From: Spizellomyces punctatus DAOM BR117
Lineage: Eukaryota
Assembly (NCBI GenBank): GCA_000182565.2
Contig: KQ257452.1
Strand: one strand, 5' to 3'
DNA length: 64,000 nt
Made by a program: the position numbers and the translations under genes. The notes below the pieces were generated by a model that was given only the letters and a program-made list of their open reading frames with translations, did no database searches and was not told the origin of the DNA. The first letter of the stretch is position 1. The number at the start of each line of letters is the position of its first letter. Positions 35,153-48,781 of this stretch are shown here, piece after piece.

Positions 35153-35486
35153 CGCGCACTTGTGCACTATGGAACCGCGCAATAGATGGTCGTAAAGCCT
35201 ATCATACAATCCTGCCAGAAGTGCAAGACGGTCAACGGGACAAGAGCTTACCGAAGCGACGTATCACGTGCTCTATATGACCCATGCAAACAACTTTACG
35301 TACTTGATACTATACTTATCATTGACGCCTCGCCAATACATTTCTCGCCGGCTTTCCTGCGCACCTTTCGTACCTTGGATGATGACAATTACAAGATAAA
35401 TGCCAAAGGACGATTATATACACGGTTTGGTGTTTGAGGAAGTCAGTATAAGATATATGATCTTCAGGATTCCGCCAAATGCATCG

Positions 35487-35558
35487 GGGCCTATGGTCTA
35501 GTGGTACGATTCCCGCTTTGGGTGCGGGAGGTCCTGGGTTCGAACCCCAGTAGGCCCC
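35487..35558 (+). tRNA. tRNA-Pro (UGG)
   Basis: Acceptor stem GGGCCTA/TAGGCCC, D-loop TGGTCTAGTGG, anticodon arm CCCGC-TTTGGGT-GCGGG, T-loop GGTTCGAACC and a downstream T-run. Confidence 0.97.
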
Positions 35559-35707
35559 TTTGAATAGCTTCCAGTAGTGTTTTTTAATTCAACTTTTGGG
35601 TATGCGCGAATATTGCCCATCTTACTTGCACGTGAGGAATAGTGGAGTGTCAGCTCACACGACGATATCGGACGGGCAGCTTGTCCTTTGCTCACCTTCC
35701 GCTTCGA

Positions 35708-38369
35708 ATGAACGACAAGGACCTGGAAGCTACTCAACCTGCTGGGGAGACGCTGGATACGTTCTCACCAGCGGTGAATGAAGAGGAAGAAAGTCCGTCA
35801 GTTTGGGGTGTTTTAAGATCCCTGAACCCGGACTATGACGACTTTTTATTGTCCAAAGCCCTTGCCAGTCATGAACAGAACTCTGCTGCGCCAAGCAGAG
35901 CCGGCTATCTACTGGGACGTCATCTAGAGTGTGATATCAGATTCACCAACCCACAAATTTCCAACAGACATTGTCTGATATATAAGGTAGCGTCAAGGTC
36001 ACCTTTGGTATGTTCCACCTGTGTGTTGTTTATTCAACCTATTTGTAGGAGAATTGCTGGAATGACCACTTGAATTGCATGGAGGAATGCGTCTTCATAG
36101 AAGACCTAAGGTTGGCTACTTGATTTTCCTGGGGTATGGTCTGGCAAGGTATCCTTAACAACTGTCCTGCTTCGATAGCACCAACGGGACGTTTATCAAC
36201 GGTAAACACCTCGGCCGTAACAAGCAATACCGTCTTCAACATGGGGATGAGATACAGCTGGCTATATCTGATCCACAAAAGACAAATCGAGAGCCTTTTG
36301 ATGATCGATGTGGGTAGCTTGTGCATTGATCGCCTGTAATTTCCAGCCGGTTAACGAGTTCAAGTCCAGTTTACATGTTTCAACTTCCACGACGAATGAG
36401 GAAATCTCACGCCAGTGGAGATGTGAGTCTTTGGATGCGCTTTAAGCTACGATCAGCACACGGTACTTACAATTATTCGCCCGGAAGAGTATCCATGACA
36501 AGTACCTGATCACGAAATCTATCGGAAGGTAGACACTCCCATTTCTTGAAACTTACATTCTCGGCGATTCGCTCAATCTTATGTTTGCAGTGGCAATTTC
36601 GCTACCGTGAAGCTTGCAGTTGATAGAGAGACCGGAGAAAAAGTCGCCATTAAGGTGGTCCTGAAAAGTAGAATACGGGCAAAGCCAAAGTTTATAGAAA
36701 ACCTGCGCCAGGAAATAGCCATTCTTATGGGTCTTAGACACGTATGTTCCCGTGCAAGTGCTGGATGCGGATACCATACTAACTTTTTATACCCCAAAGC
36801 CAAATATCGTCTCAATTAACGGCGTTTATGACGAAGCTCAATATGTATACATTGTGCTGGAACTGTTAGTGAGCAGAAGTTCACCTCACCTTTTATATTC
36901 GCGACTTCGCCTCTAACTATACTAATCTATTTGTAGGGTGCAAGGGGGCGAGCTTTTTGACGCAATAGTGGAACATAGGAAATTCTCGGAAAGTGTAGCG
37001 AGAAAGGTCATGTTTCAATTGTTTTCAGCCCTGAAGGTTTGTCCAGGAGATTCTTTTGCATTCGCGAGTGATGACTTATGTCCTCCTCACTGTAGTATTT
37101 GCATGACCGTGGGATAACACACCGAGGTAAGACCATTCCCGTGTTTGCTTGGCAAGCAGCATGACTTGTACGGCCTCTCTGCTGACATGACCGGCCCCCA
37201 GATTTGAAGCCAGAAAATATACTTCTCGTCTCGAGGGATCTTGCAGACTTGCGGATAAAGATATCGGATTTTGGACTTGCAAAGTTAGCCGGGGAAGATT
37301 CATTTTATGGGACATTATGTGGTACGTGGAATGGAAAGTCACACTTACGGGCACTTGTCCGTTTGGCCGTATGGAATCTAATTTAGCCAGCTTTAAAGGG
37401 ACTCCAAATTACGTTGCACCAGAGGTTTTGGCTCCTAGCACCGGGCGCGCGTATACGAAGGCTGTAGACCTTTGGAGCTGCGGCGTTATTTTGTATATAT
37501 GGTGGGTTCACGTTCTGTTGCTAGATGCCTATTTTAGCTATTGTGAACCAATGGGATGCAGTTTGTGCGGGTTTCCTCCTTTTTCCGAAGAGCTCAGTCC
37601 TCCGGGTATGCCAGACCAGATCCGACAAGGGATATACAAGTTCCAATCGCCATGGTGGGACCGTGTATCCCCAGAAGGTATGCTAGTTGCAGTTCGGCAG
37701 CTGGCTACAGGCTCTGTTCATTTATGACTTATTTTTCTCAGCTATTGATCTGATAAAGGGCCTTCTCACTGTGGACCCTGAGAAGCGGCTTACTGTTGAT
37801 CAGGCCCTTGATCACCCCTGGATGAAGGTTGGTTCACCAGTTCCCGAAATACACCCTCTGTTATTGACTGACCCCGCCCTTGCAAGAAATCACAAGCTTC
37901 CAATGGGTCACCTCTGTCAATGGCACCTGATACAGTCGATCCCATACCTCAGTTCATACGCGGCGACACGTTGTTATCACCGGCAAAGAAAAACCGGAAA
38001 CGAGAGTCTACCCCTCCATTGCCGCGAACTCCGAAGAAAACGAAAATGCATTCAAACTTTGATGACAGTCCTGCGACAGCAAATATCTCCCCTGTGAGCA
38101 CACCCGGGGCGCCAACACATGCCCCTGCGGCCGAAAACTCTCGCCTTAATTCAAATGCGGATAGTGTTATGACGGATGTGAATACTGAAGGGGATAGAAG
38201 GAGTAGTACTGGGTCCGTTCATTATCAGGAGGATGACAAAGGAAGTGGTAAAAAAGGTCGGCGTACTTCTGGAGGGCGCCGGAAGAGGGACACCACCCCT
38301 GAGTTGACCACGTCGCCAAGAAATGTAAGAAGATCGGCGAGACTACAAGGACGTAAAACTACACAGTAA
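35708..38369 (+). CDS. FHA-domain Ser/Thr checkpoint kinase (Chk2/Cds1/Dun1/Rad53 family)
   Basis: FHA motifs [13 protein letters not shown] and STNGTFING; kinase motifs [29 protein letters not shown] and [11 protein letters not shown]. Confidence 0.92.
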
Positions 38370-38644
38370 TTTCCCTAGATATAACTGATATATATACCCG
38401 TCGATATTTTGCATGTTAAAGCTAATATGAATCTTACACATTTTGGATGGTACCTGGATTCCACTTCATTGGTCCATTTATAGATGTCCCACACCAAGTT
38501 TGGTTGGAGTCTATTCTATGTTATTCTCAAAGCATTTACGATCTAGAGTAATGCACATCTACGCCCTTTGCCAGACAGAGAAGCAGTTGAATGGGCAACC
38601 CATTTTTCAAATGCTCCAACCCCCCTTCGGATGGACATTTTGAA

Positions 38645-39811
38645 TCAATCTATGTAGTTGATCTTTTTGTCGCCCAAACCTTTTGATGTTTCAACAATTT
38701 TATAAACACCAATCTCATCCTTTGGCAGCGTGACGGAGCAGATCGACTCCACCTGACCTTCCTCCCCGACGACACTTTCAGTCCTTCCAAGCGTCACGTC
38801 CCATTTGCTCGCAGTCACTACTTGGCCGCTAATGGTAGCTCCATTCTGCAGCTCCACCTCCACAATCTCAGACTGCGGAGGAACTGTTCCGCACTCTCCC
38901 ACTGTAAACTTCCGCGTTAGCACTTGTACAGCATCCTCAGCTGAAATCGCAACCCCTGTTTCCGTCCGCTTCTCCAAGTAATCTAATAGGCGATCGAGCC
39001 AGGAGGCAGTGAGCGGATAGGTTTCTGTCCATGTGGAACGAAGAGAAGGCACAGAGCGAGCCAAAAGAGCTGTGGATCCCAGCATAAGGTCGGTCATGTG
39101 CGGATGGGTGGTCGATCTGTGGATGCCGTGCCATTGAGTTGACTCTGGCGATTCACTTTGATCCACGATGAAAGATCGATTGGACGTAAAGTCATTTGTG
39201 GACATCGGAGTGGATTCAGTTAGCATGGATTCAACAGTTTGGAGATGAAAGTGGACGGGATGAGCTTGGGCGACTGGGTATCGAGGATTGGTGTGGAGAG
39301 GAACGAGAGCGGGTCGGAATACTTTATCGCACCAACTCGTAAGGGCGGCAGAGAGACCTTCGTGGTGCCGAGTATGTGTTTGTGACCCAGCGGCTGCAAC
39401 GGGACCGGAATAGAGTGTAGGGTACGGAAATCTATGTAGAAACTAAGTTCCTCCTATCATCCTGAGAAAAACAACGAGCCTGACTCACCTCCGCTCCAAA
39501 GCTCTCATAACGCTTCCTACTCCCCAGTACATGTCCTTTCCTATCTGCACAATAGGCACAGGGATCTTTCCAAGTCTTGTCCCAGCAACTCGATGCACCG
39601 CTCCCCCATCCAGTCCTGGACATTCATACCAATCCAGGTCCTTCAACCTTAACGCCCACCGAATTCTTTGTAGATCATTATCGTGAAATATATCCGCAGC
39701 TGGCTTTTTTGTATCTAAAGAGGGTCTGGAGTGCAAGATAATTGGTGGTACATTGGGTGGGTGAGAGCCAAGTGCCAGGCGAGCCTGAAATCTTGCAATG
39801 ATGTTGGGCAT
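38645..39811 (-). CDS. Glutathione S-transferase-like (thioredoxin-fold N-domain) protein
   Basis: QRIRWALRLKDLDWYEC...KIPVPIVQIGKDMYWGVGSVMRALERR resembles a fungal GST N-domain. One intron, then a long second exon. Confidence 0.6.
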
Positions 39812-39946
39812 GGTGGGCGGTGATCTGTCGTTTGAAAATCGGAGGTGTGTGTCATCCGTGCCACGTGAAGGCATCAAAGGAGTGCTTCATTGAGGCTGAA
39901 GACTTTGGCTTTCAACAATTCCGCCCATGGCCATCTCCCGTTGACC

Positions 39947-41559
39947 ATGAACCTTCCCGAGCCGCAACCGACTACCGACTATTATGCAGTATGTGGTATA
40001 CCTGCTGCGCGTCGTCTGATGCAGATAACTGAGACATGAATAACCGCATGATATAGATACTTGGGGTGGAGAGATCGGCAACTCCCGACGAAATAAAAAA
40101 GGTACTTGCGTCTCACTAATTCTTTATACCGTGGTTTACTTTGTCTAAGATTATGCACTACTTGTAGGCTTATCGTCGACTGGCGCTCCGTTACCACCCA
40201 GATAAAACCGGTCAGGATCCGAATGCCACTGAAGTCTTTCAAGGAATTGTCAAAGCGTATGAAGTGTTGAGTGACGAAAAAAAGAGAAAGATTTATGATC
40301 AATATGTGAGTTCGTCTCTTCTGAATTTGTTACCTGTACATCTCCTTTGCCTGTATATTTAATAATGCGTCCAGGGCGAAAATGGCATCAACGTGTTGTC
40401 GCAAATGGCCGGTACACCTTTTGCTGACCCGGACCTCCTCCTCGCCCTCAATTCCTTCTTTATATTTGGATCCATCCTTTTTGCCATCCTAATCCTATTT
40501 CCGACTTTCGTGTCCCTTCGCGCTGATCACAAAGTGGCATGGTCTTGGGGTGTAGTTGCAATCCCACTTTTTATTGTCGACGCCATTGTAGTGCTGGGCG
40601 TCCTGACTGCGCCAGCAGGTGACGAAGATGGTTATGTTGAGCTGGATGATGTGGAAGATGACACCGGAAATTACAGCGGAGGTTTCAATGAAGATCGATC
40701 AGAAAGGATTTTGAGAAGAGAGGAGATGAAAGCAAGGAGACGGAAGCAAGGGGCATGGAGGAAGTTGGTGAGACTAGCAGTAGTGGGCTTGGTCATTGCC
40801 TTCCAGATTTTGGTAGTCTTGAGACTTGATGGAAAGCTTTCTTGGAGCTGGGCTGCAGTCTTCGCCTCCTGGTTTGCGGTCGAAGTATGCAACTTGGTCA
40901 TGGTCTCGTACGACCTTGCGTCGTGGCTTCGAAAGGGTGTGCCCGTTACACCCTTTGCTCCAAACAGTGATCCCGAATCACAGCAATTTACACCCACACG
41001 TCCACTATCCTCAGAAGAGAAGATACTCCTTGCGGTGGATGCTTACGATCTGTCCGTTCTGCGAATTTTGCAATGCGTCCTACTCGTACTCAAACTCGAC
41101 GACATCATCGCCTGGGATTGGCGCATTGTCTTCCTACCAACTTGGATCTGGGGAATCTTGCAGCTCACACTTCTTATCTTTGATTATATCCGCATCCGCC
41201 GTCTCGCAGCAACTGAACTGAGTGTTCGTCCCGAGCTTCGAGCAGCATTCTATGCTCGCCTCGTCGGATTCTGTATACTTGCGGCGGTATTCTACTCTGG
41301 CATAGGGTTGCTGGTAGTAAGGCTGCAAAACGAATGGCAGGGTGTGCACGGCATTCCACCTGCGGCTGTGGTGCTTATACCAGTATTTGTGGTCCTATCT
41401 TTGGCATTATGTTGCTTGGGATGTTGTATGCCATGTGCGGTTACTGCTCTGAAGGATGGCCTATATAGAAACGGACCCGGGTCGCCATTTGGGGATTTTG
41501 CTACGAACCGGGCGTCCAACGGACAAGAACCTCCTAGCGATGGTTCAAGCAGCTCTTGA
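39947..41559 (+). CDS. DnaJ-domain protein fused to a TMEM185/TMEM203-like multi-pass membrane domain
   Basis: Short exons [34 protein letters not shown]...[16 protein letters not shown]. Repeated L(R/K)xD-xxx-WSW-xV-xP motifs in the large exon. Confidence 0.85.
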
Positions 41560-41860
41560 CCGGGCAGTAAGATCGGCTGTTTGTACATGTATAGTATGGC
41601 AGACATCTAATTTTCAGCTGCTGATGTTTGTACCTTATATTTGAATTGTAAATTTGTGCTTTTGTACGCTATGATGCTATGATGAATAATTTGACTAGTC
41701 TATGAGTGAATTCGACCCTGGTCGCTGCCGCTGGACGGCGGCCCCTCGAGCAGCTGGCATTTGATTAACCAGCCGACCGCAAGGAACAGCATGAGAGGTG
41801 TTCTGAAGAAGACTCCTTTACGATCATATACATGTATACAAAGAAACTTGATTTTCGTCG

Positions 41861-41932
41861 GGGCCTATGGTCTAGTGGTACGATTCCCGCTTTGGGTGCG
41901 GGAGGTCCTGGGTTCGAACCCCAGTAGGCCCC
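41861..41932 (+). tRNA. tRNA-Pro (UGG), identical to 35487-35558
   Basis: Same 72-nt cloverleaf sequence. Confidence 0.97.
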
Positions 41933-42557
41933 TTCTTACAGGGAGACATACATTTTTGGTATCCTTGCTCGGATCTCGCGCGATGGATGGATTTACCAAT
42001 CTTCTTGGGGCCAGAATGTAATTCGATGTGCCTGGAAATCCGTGCTGGGGTAGGGGACCTTATTTTACGGTGGCATATGCTGAGAACAGACATACATTTA
42101 ATCTCTGGGTTTCTTGACGACAATATGATCATTACGTTATGAACAAAAACCTCTGCCTTTCGAAAAGTACTATCATGCAGCTCGCATTGTACATGGCATG
42201 GTGCAGTCAGTGGTATGCAACACATGGTATTGAAGATAACATGTGGCCATTCGATAGGCCTACACGGCACACGTTCTTTCCTTCTGCCTTTCTGCTTCCT
42301 TTTCTTTTCGCTAGTTTTGCTGGTAGTGATGCAGTAAGAAGTTCCTCCTTGAATTCACATCTAGTGAACCTGGAAACAGCATTTCCGTTGAGAATGCCCT
42401 CCAACCTGTGTATCGTTTGAATGTCAGCAATGGATAAGCAACAGACCCAACAACTGATCGACATTGTCGCGTGTGTCACGTGTTAATACCAGGGCTAGCA
42501 GTGACAGCGCACAACGATCAGAGCCATCCGCAACACACAAAAGTGCAATCAGCCGCC

Positions 42558-43736
42558 ATGAACTCTGCAGAAGCTGCACGAAGCCGTATGTATCGAGTGT
42601 AAAGAGTCAGTCAGATTGGTCTGTGTGCAATTATTGAAAAGAGATTTCAGCCTCATCAGACAGTGACGAGGAGGAGGAAGAGTACTCGGACAGCTCCGGT
42701 ACAGGATCGTCTGTAATCTCTTGGATCAGTTGGTTTTGTTCTCTTCCAGGTTAGTAAGGTCAGTCTATTTGTGCTACCCGCAGACATATCTGATGTATAT
42801 TACAGGCCATGAATTCTTTGCCGAAGTTCCCGATGACTTTGTAGAAGATGATTTTAATTTAACGGGCCTGCCGAGCAATGTCTCTTACTATAACGAAGCT
42901 CTGGACCTCATACTGGATCTGGAACCGGAGGACACAACCCATGCTCCTCAAATGACTGTTGTTGAAAGCTCGGCAGAGTTGTTGTATGGGCTGATTCATG
43001 CTCGGTATATTTTGACAAAACAGGGGTTGCAGGCCATGGGGGACAAGTATCAGAATGATCTCTTTGGTCATTGTCCGAGAGTATTGTGTGGGGGATGTAG
43101 TGTGCTGCCTTGTGGGAGATCGGATCAGCCAGGGATTGATACCGTCAAGATGCTGTGTCCGAGATGCGGGGATTTATATCATCCTAAGGAGGTTTGTCAT
43201 TTCCGGGTATTGTGCTGCATCAGCCCCGCCGCTCATCAAACTTCAAATCCTCTTGTATCTAGCCGAAATATCAAAATATCGACGGCGCTTTCTTTGGCAC
43301 AACATTCGCCAACATGCTTTTTCTAAACTACCCCGACCTTGTTCCACCTGTGATTACCCGTCCTCCTCGTGCGTCAACTATATCGCGACGAAGCCCTCGC
43401 GACGGTGACGATTCTGAAACTGAGGATCCTGCATACGACGATAATGATTTCCTTGATGATGATGAGGATGACGAGTACGATGATGACCAAGTGGCTCCAT
43501 TGTCAAATTACAGAATCTATACACCAAAGATATTTGGTTTCCGAGTCAGTGAGCGGAGTCGAGTGGGCCCACGTATGCGATGGCTGCGATGGAAGGAAGG
43601 GATTTCAACCGAAGGTCCGGAATGGGGTAACGGGCTTGTGCAGCGGGATGGCAATCGGGGTGGCGGTGGTGGGACAAACTCACAGACAGTGGAGGAGGAT
43701 GGGAGGGTAGATTGGAAAGAAAGGAGCGTACAATAA
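42558..43736 (+). CDS. CKB1: Casein kinase II regulatory (beta) subunit
   Basis: [44 protein letters not shown], zinc site CPRVLC...CPRC, IDGAFFGTTF and YTPKIFGFR. The paralog assignment (CKB1 or CKB2) is uncertain. Confidence 0.92.
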
Positions 43737-43992
43737 CAGTAGTAATGCATTGGCGCACCAGACACTAGTAGAAGCGCATTACTTCAATGGGTAACGCTCT
43801 TTGGCATTGCCTTCTGGCGCACCTTGACCTAGCATTTTGCTTGGACGTCCATAAATAAGCATAAAGAGCAATAAGGTGACCACAGGTGTCCTAAGATTAA
43901 TGCCAAATAACGATACTATACTATATACAAGGTGATATGGGTCCAGATGAGCATGCTATGTACATGGCGATAAGAGAAGCAGGTACGGGTCA

Positions 43993-44810
43993 TCATTTCA
44001 TCCCCTGAATCTTTTCCAATAGGTGCAACACCTGATTTGCCATGACGGGCTGTCCCTTCCTCGTCTTTCGTTGCAGTTTATCCCGGACGTCGTTTCGCTG
44101 GTCAATCATCAAATGTTAGTAGCATTTCAACTGGTGACTTTGGTCAAGCCCTCACCTTTGCATAATACTCTTTCCGTTTCTGATTCTGTTCTTCTTTCAG
44201 CCGCTTGGATTCTTCTATTGCTGCTTGTCGTTCCGCCTTTTTGCGCTCTGCTTCCACAATGAGCTTGCCAAATGGATTTGGCTTTGCAGGTCTAAATACA
44301 TTATTTTCAATGAAAAGTTTCCGGCTGGGATGTATGCCAGCAGCGACCTGACCGTTTACTCTTCTTTTCCCTCTTTTGACTCTGCCTTGTCTTTCCCAAT
44401 GACTTGGGGACGTCTGCTTTATCAATTTTTTCAGAGTCACTTTCTGATGTGTCATTTGCGGATTCGTAGAGTTTTTCTTTCTGATCCGACGAATATCCCT
44501 CCAGTGCATCATGGGTTCGTTCTTCAGTTTGACTTGAAAATATATCCGCCTTCTGAGAAAGAAGAGAGGGAGCATCCCTTAGCAATGAGACCCATGCTCC
44601 TCCAAAACAGTGAATCTCTCAGCCCCTCACCTCCTCCAATTGCGATTCATTTTGACCCAGTCCTTCCGTTTTCAATAGCTTGTAATACTCTTTTTTGATT
44701 TTCGTACGTCGAATCATTTCCGCCTTCTTGGCAATGCCAGGGTTCCGCTGCTTTGCCAGTGGCTTTCGGAATTTGGAGTTTGCATCCTTGAGATACTTTC
44801 GGCCAGTCAT
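43993..44810 (-). CDS. rRNA-processing protein Fyv7/TAP26-like
   Basis: KIKKEYYKLLK at the N-terminus; C-terminal KLQRKTRKGQPVMANQVLHLLEKI. Confidence 0.75.
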
Positions 44811-45366
44811 GGTTTGAGGTCTCTTTGTGATCCACAGAGAGGTTTGCAAAACTGAAGATCTTGGCTGCTGCCTCAAAGCCGGTGGTCACGTGTTTTTCGT
44901 AAGCAGTTCACCTCATGAGGGCTGGTCAACAGCAAACCTGCCCTCTACGCAAAACATTCACTCTCGCCTCTTGGCGGAGTTGCAGAAAAGACCAATTGAG
45001 GAGGGAGCCGCTGCTGCGATGTGATGCGATCTGAGCAACGGTTTAATCGAATTATCATTTGGCCCTTGCCATCACCTTGCAGAATTCAGCGCCAATCACC
45101 TTGCAGTAGAACGATGATTTCTTTGGATTTTCTCATGCTTTTCACAGTCTTGACAGTCTTGAATTGCGTCAATTGCGTCCGCTCAATATCATAAAGCCAG
45201 TCATCCTCCTATTAACAATTGATGTGTTCAATTAACAATCCCAAAAAGCTTTGAAATAGTCACTGCTTACATAATCTATCACATGTGCAGGGCTATAAGG
45301 CCAAGTTGCGTTCGCTTGCGTTCTCTCTTGTTCTTGTTCGTCGTTTGAAGAGAAGTGCAAGCAGTC

Positions 45367-46540
45367 ATGACACAGCTGGCTTCCCAACAACCGGCGACCA
45401 AAGCACCATTCGCAGACCTGAACTTGCGGCTCATTTGCCAAGACTGTCAAGACCCAGTACCAAACATTGTGGAGGACTTTGCTGCTGGCGACTTGATTTG
45501 TGGCAACTGTGGTATTTATTGCTCGCATGTCCTTTGTGCCGTGTGCTCACTGAATTACCTGTTTAACCATGACTTCTATTTGCTTGACACTGCTTGTCAC
45601 TTCAAGGTCTAGTGCTGGGAAACCGTATCATTGACACTCGGTCCGAATGGAGAACCTTCTCGAACTCGGACGACAACACTGATGACCCATCTCGTGTAGG
45701 AGCAGCTGGGGACCCTCTCCTCGGCGGGATGAACCACATCGACTCTACCGTCATCTCTCAGAGGGATGGAGGTAGCGGTGCAGCTCGCGATTTGAGTCGG
45801 GTACACGGCAAAGCGACAAATCAAAAGAGCGAAAAGAACCTGATGACAGCGTTCAAGGAAATCCAGACCATGTGTGAACGGATTGGTTTATCGAAGCTAG
45901 TATCTGATTCCGCCAAGCAAATGTTCAAAAGAGCAGAAGATCAAAAGGTTCTGAGAGGGAAACCTCCCGTAGCGATCATGGCCGCGTGCATATATATTGG
46001 GTGTCGTGAAAATGGAAACACCCGTACTTTCAAGGAGATTTGTGCCCTCACCAAGGTGTCCAAAAAGGATATTGGCCGAATCTACAAAGTCCTGCAACCC
46101 CTCCTGGATAAGCCCTCCCAAGAAATCTCTTTAGACTCCTATGTCATCCGTTTTTCTTCTGCGTTGGACGTTGGTCAAGATGTCATAAGAGCTACTAGTG
46201 AGGTAAGGCATTGCGTTTATTGTCCTTTGCCCATGGGATGGTTGTATCAAATGATGCTACCATCCTTATATTTGCATGTACAACAAAGGTGTTGAAACGG
46301 GCCCAACATCTCGGTACCCTCGCTGGCAAAAGCCCCATCTCCATTGTTGCTGGATGCCTCTATTTTGTCAGCTGTCTTTCCAAAGATGATGAAATGAAGT
46401 CTGCAAGGGATATTGCAAATGTGGCGGGATGTACCGAGGCGACGTTGAAGAATGCGTACAAACTCCTGTATGATGCCAGGGAAGAGTTGGGCAAGGACCT
46501 GAGGATGGCAAAGGAACTCAAGGCTTTACCGGTGCCTTGA
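45367..46540 (+). CDS. SUA7: Transcription initiation factor TFIIB
   Basis: Zn ribbon CQDC...GDLICGNCG, B-reader IDTRSEWRTFSN...DPSRVG, cyclin repeats RTFKEI and GKSPISI. Confidence 0.96.
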
Positions 46541-47152
46541 AGTGTGTCTGGGTTAGTTTTTGAGGAGACATTTTCCCTTAGTTAAGTATCTAACGCGGAC
46601 GTCCCTCATCAAGATATTTTTGATAGCATTGTTTTTTCAGATAGAATTATCAGCATGGTAAAATGTGTTGTTGGCATCAAGTGTAAATATTTAGAACCAC
46701 GGTGGACGGTCGAGATTTTCTTTTGGTTTTGCGCATATTGTGCCGCATTGCGTGTTCTGTTACGAAAATTGTTGACAATATAATGTTGCTCGACATTACC
46801 GCTTAGCTGTGTGTTTGACTGAAAGTGGCCTCATAATTTAAGCCTGGAATTTGTAGGGTTCAGAGGCCCAACATCCTTTGTTCTTTGTAGGTAAATATTT
46901 CAGGGCCGAACACGCAGAGAATCCTATGCACATTTACACAACAAATAATGTACCCCACATGATGACTAGGCCGTCATCCTTCTATAGCGTGAAGAAAGTT
47001 TTTTGCAATCACTCGTCGTTGCTATAGGCGACAGGGTAACATGTCCGAGAGAGACAATATTTGATGCTTGTCCAGGCGCTACTCGTCGCTATGGATACTC
47101 CTCAGTTTCCGTTTGACAGCCACCGTTTGGTATTCCATATATACCTGTATCG

Positions 47153-48583
47153 CTATCCCCCAGCATGGTTGCCTACAAGCCGTTTAAATGATATGTCTTC
47201 CATTCGATCCCGGGTTGCGTCTGCGTCTACATATGACCATAATGAGTGTCCAGCATGCAGAAAAAGTGATATACATGTCGACATACCATCCCCTGCAATC
47301 CCCTCTTCGTCCTCATCTTCTGCATGAGACTCGTCCACTATTGAGGAATGATGAGAATCCATGGTTGCGGTATAAGTGACTGATATGCGTACCTTTGGGA
47401 TCAAGATTCACTTCCCGTCCTTTCTCCAGTGACAGATCATGCATTAGCTTATCAAGATTTTCGTCTCGTTGTTTTTGCTGACGTTCCTGTTTCTCGCGGA
47501 GGATTCTCTCAATTTCCGGTCTATACTCACTACAATGACGTCCAGAAGGTCAGCAACCGAGGCATCTCAAGTCAAAAGCAAAGCGTATGTCCTACATACG
47601 TCTCATATTCCTTCCGCGCCTCATCAAAGGCTGTGAACAGCTCATCCATCCCCGCACCAGTCACAGCCGATACACCCGCAACCCGAATTCCTTTGTAAAA
47701 TTCTTCCAAGACCAAGCACATGGAGCTAACCAATCCACCCATATATGACGTATCTTCCTCCAGGGCAGCCTGGAAGGCCTCAAAATCCGTCATCCACTCG
47801 ACAGCAAATTCATGGGACACGACATCCGTCTTATTGAAGACCAGGACGAAAGGAAGTTTTGTTTTGTAGAGTATGGAGCAGGCGTAAAGCATGTTGGACA
47901 TGAAGGTTGCGGGACTTGTTGAGCGAGGGGTGTCGATAATGTAGGCGACCACGGTTGGGTACGTTGCGGCTAATGTGTCTGTTATGATGGCACCGGAGGC
48001 GGACCAGGTGAAGATTTCAATTTGTCCTGGAGTATCGAGGAGAACGTAGCTGAAATGGTGTGTGGGTGGCCAGGTCCGTAACGCGCCAGTCGACAACAAA
48101 AACTTACTCTAATGTTGGGGCTCGTTTATCGATCAAGTTGAGTACTTGATCAAATTTTGTTGTGAATAGATTCAGAGCAGTCAAGATTCCCCCGTTTGGA
48201 CCAAGGTTGTATCTGCATATCAATTGGTCAAACTCCATCCTGACCCTCACCCAGCTCGGCACTCAACATACTGCTTCATAACTTCTTTGTAGTTCACTGT
48301 ATCCCGAATGTCAATATTAGCTCCAAATGGGAGCTGTCCCACCGCCGGATCAAGATTAACGACGTATCCAGGTTTCTTGAGAGTGTGAATGTGTGAATTG
48401 ATGCGCTAAAAGAGAAAAGAGCTGGTAAATGGGGAGATCACAATGGTTCAACTTAGGAAAATAAAAACGACATACCTGCATGAATGTTGTCTTTCCTGAC
48501 CCAGCCATACCTATACAGATAATAACGGTAGGCTGGTGTCCTTCTGCCTGACCGGCAGACGGTGAAGAGTCTTGCAAACTCAT
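47153..48583 (-). CDS. GPN1: GPN-loop GTPase 1 (Npa3)
   Basis: [51 protein letters not shown] and FNKTD. The 3' end is tentative. Confidence 0.95.
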
Positions 48584-48781
48584 TGTATTATGCTTTGTAA
48601 AAAACAAAAACTCGAAGTGATAGCTTGATTTGAAGGTGACATACACTGTTGCCATGACACTGAAATCAGGCGTGTCGTTGACTCACGCTGACCCCTCTGT
48701 GTCATCACGTTCAAAAGCCTCGTCTCGCTTTTGCTTTTCGTTCACTCATCTACATTTTGACGTTTGCAAGTATATTTCAGT

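Noticed and set aside
35487-41932. Identical tRNA-Pro copies as att sites of an integrated island
   Set aside because: Both are full-length genes, the enclosed genes are ordinary intron-containing host genes, and no integrase is present.
43400-43490. Acidic low-complexity tract in CK2-beta
   Set aside because: It is an in-frame variable insertion of a kind common in fungal CK2-beta subunits.
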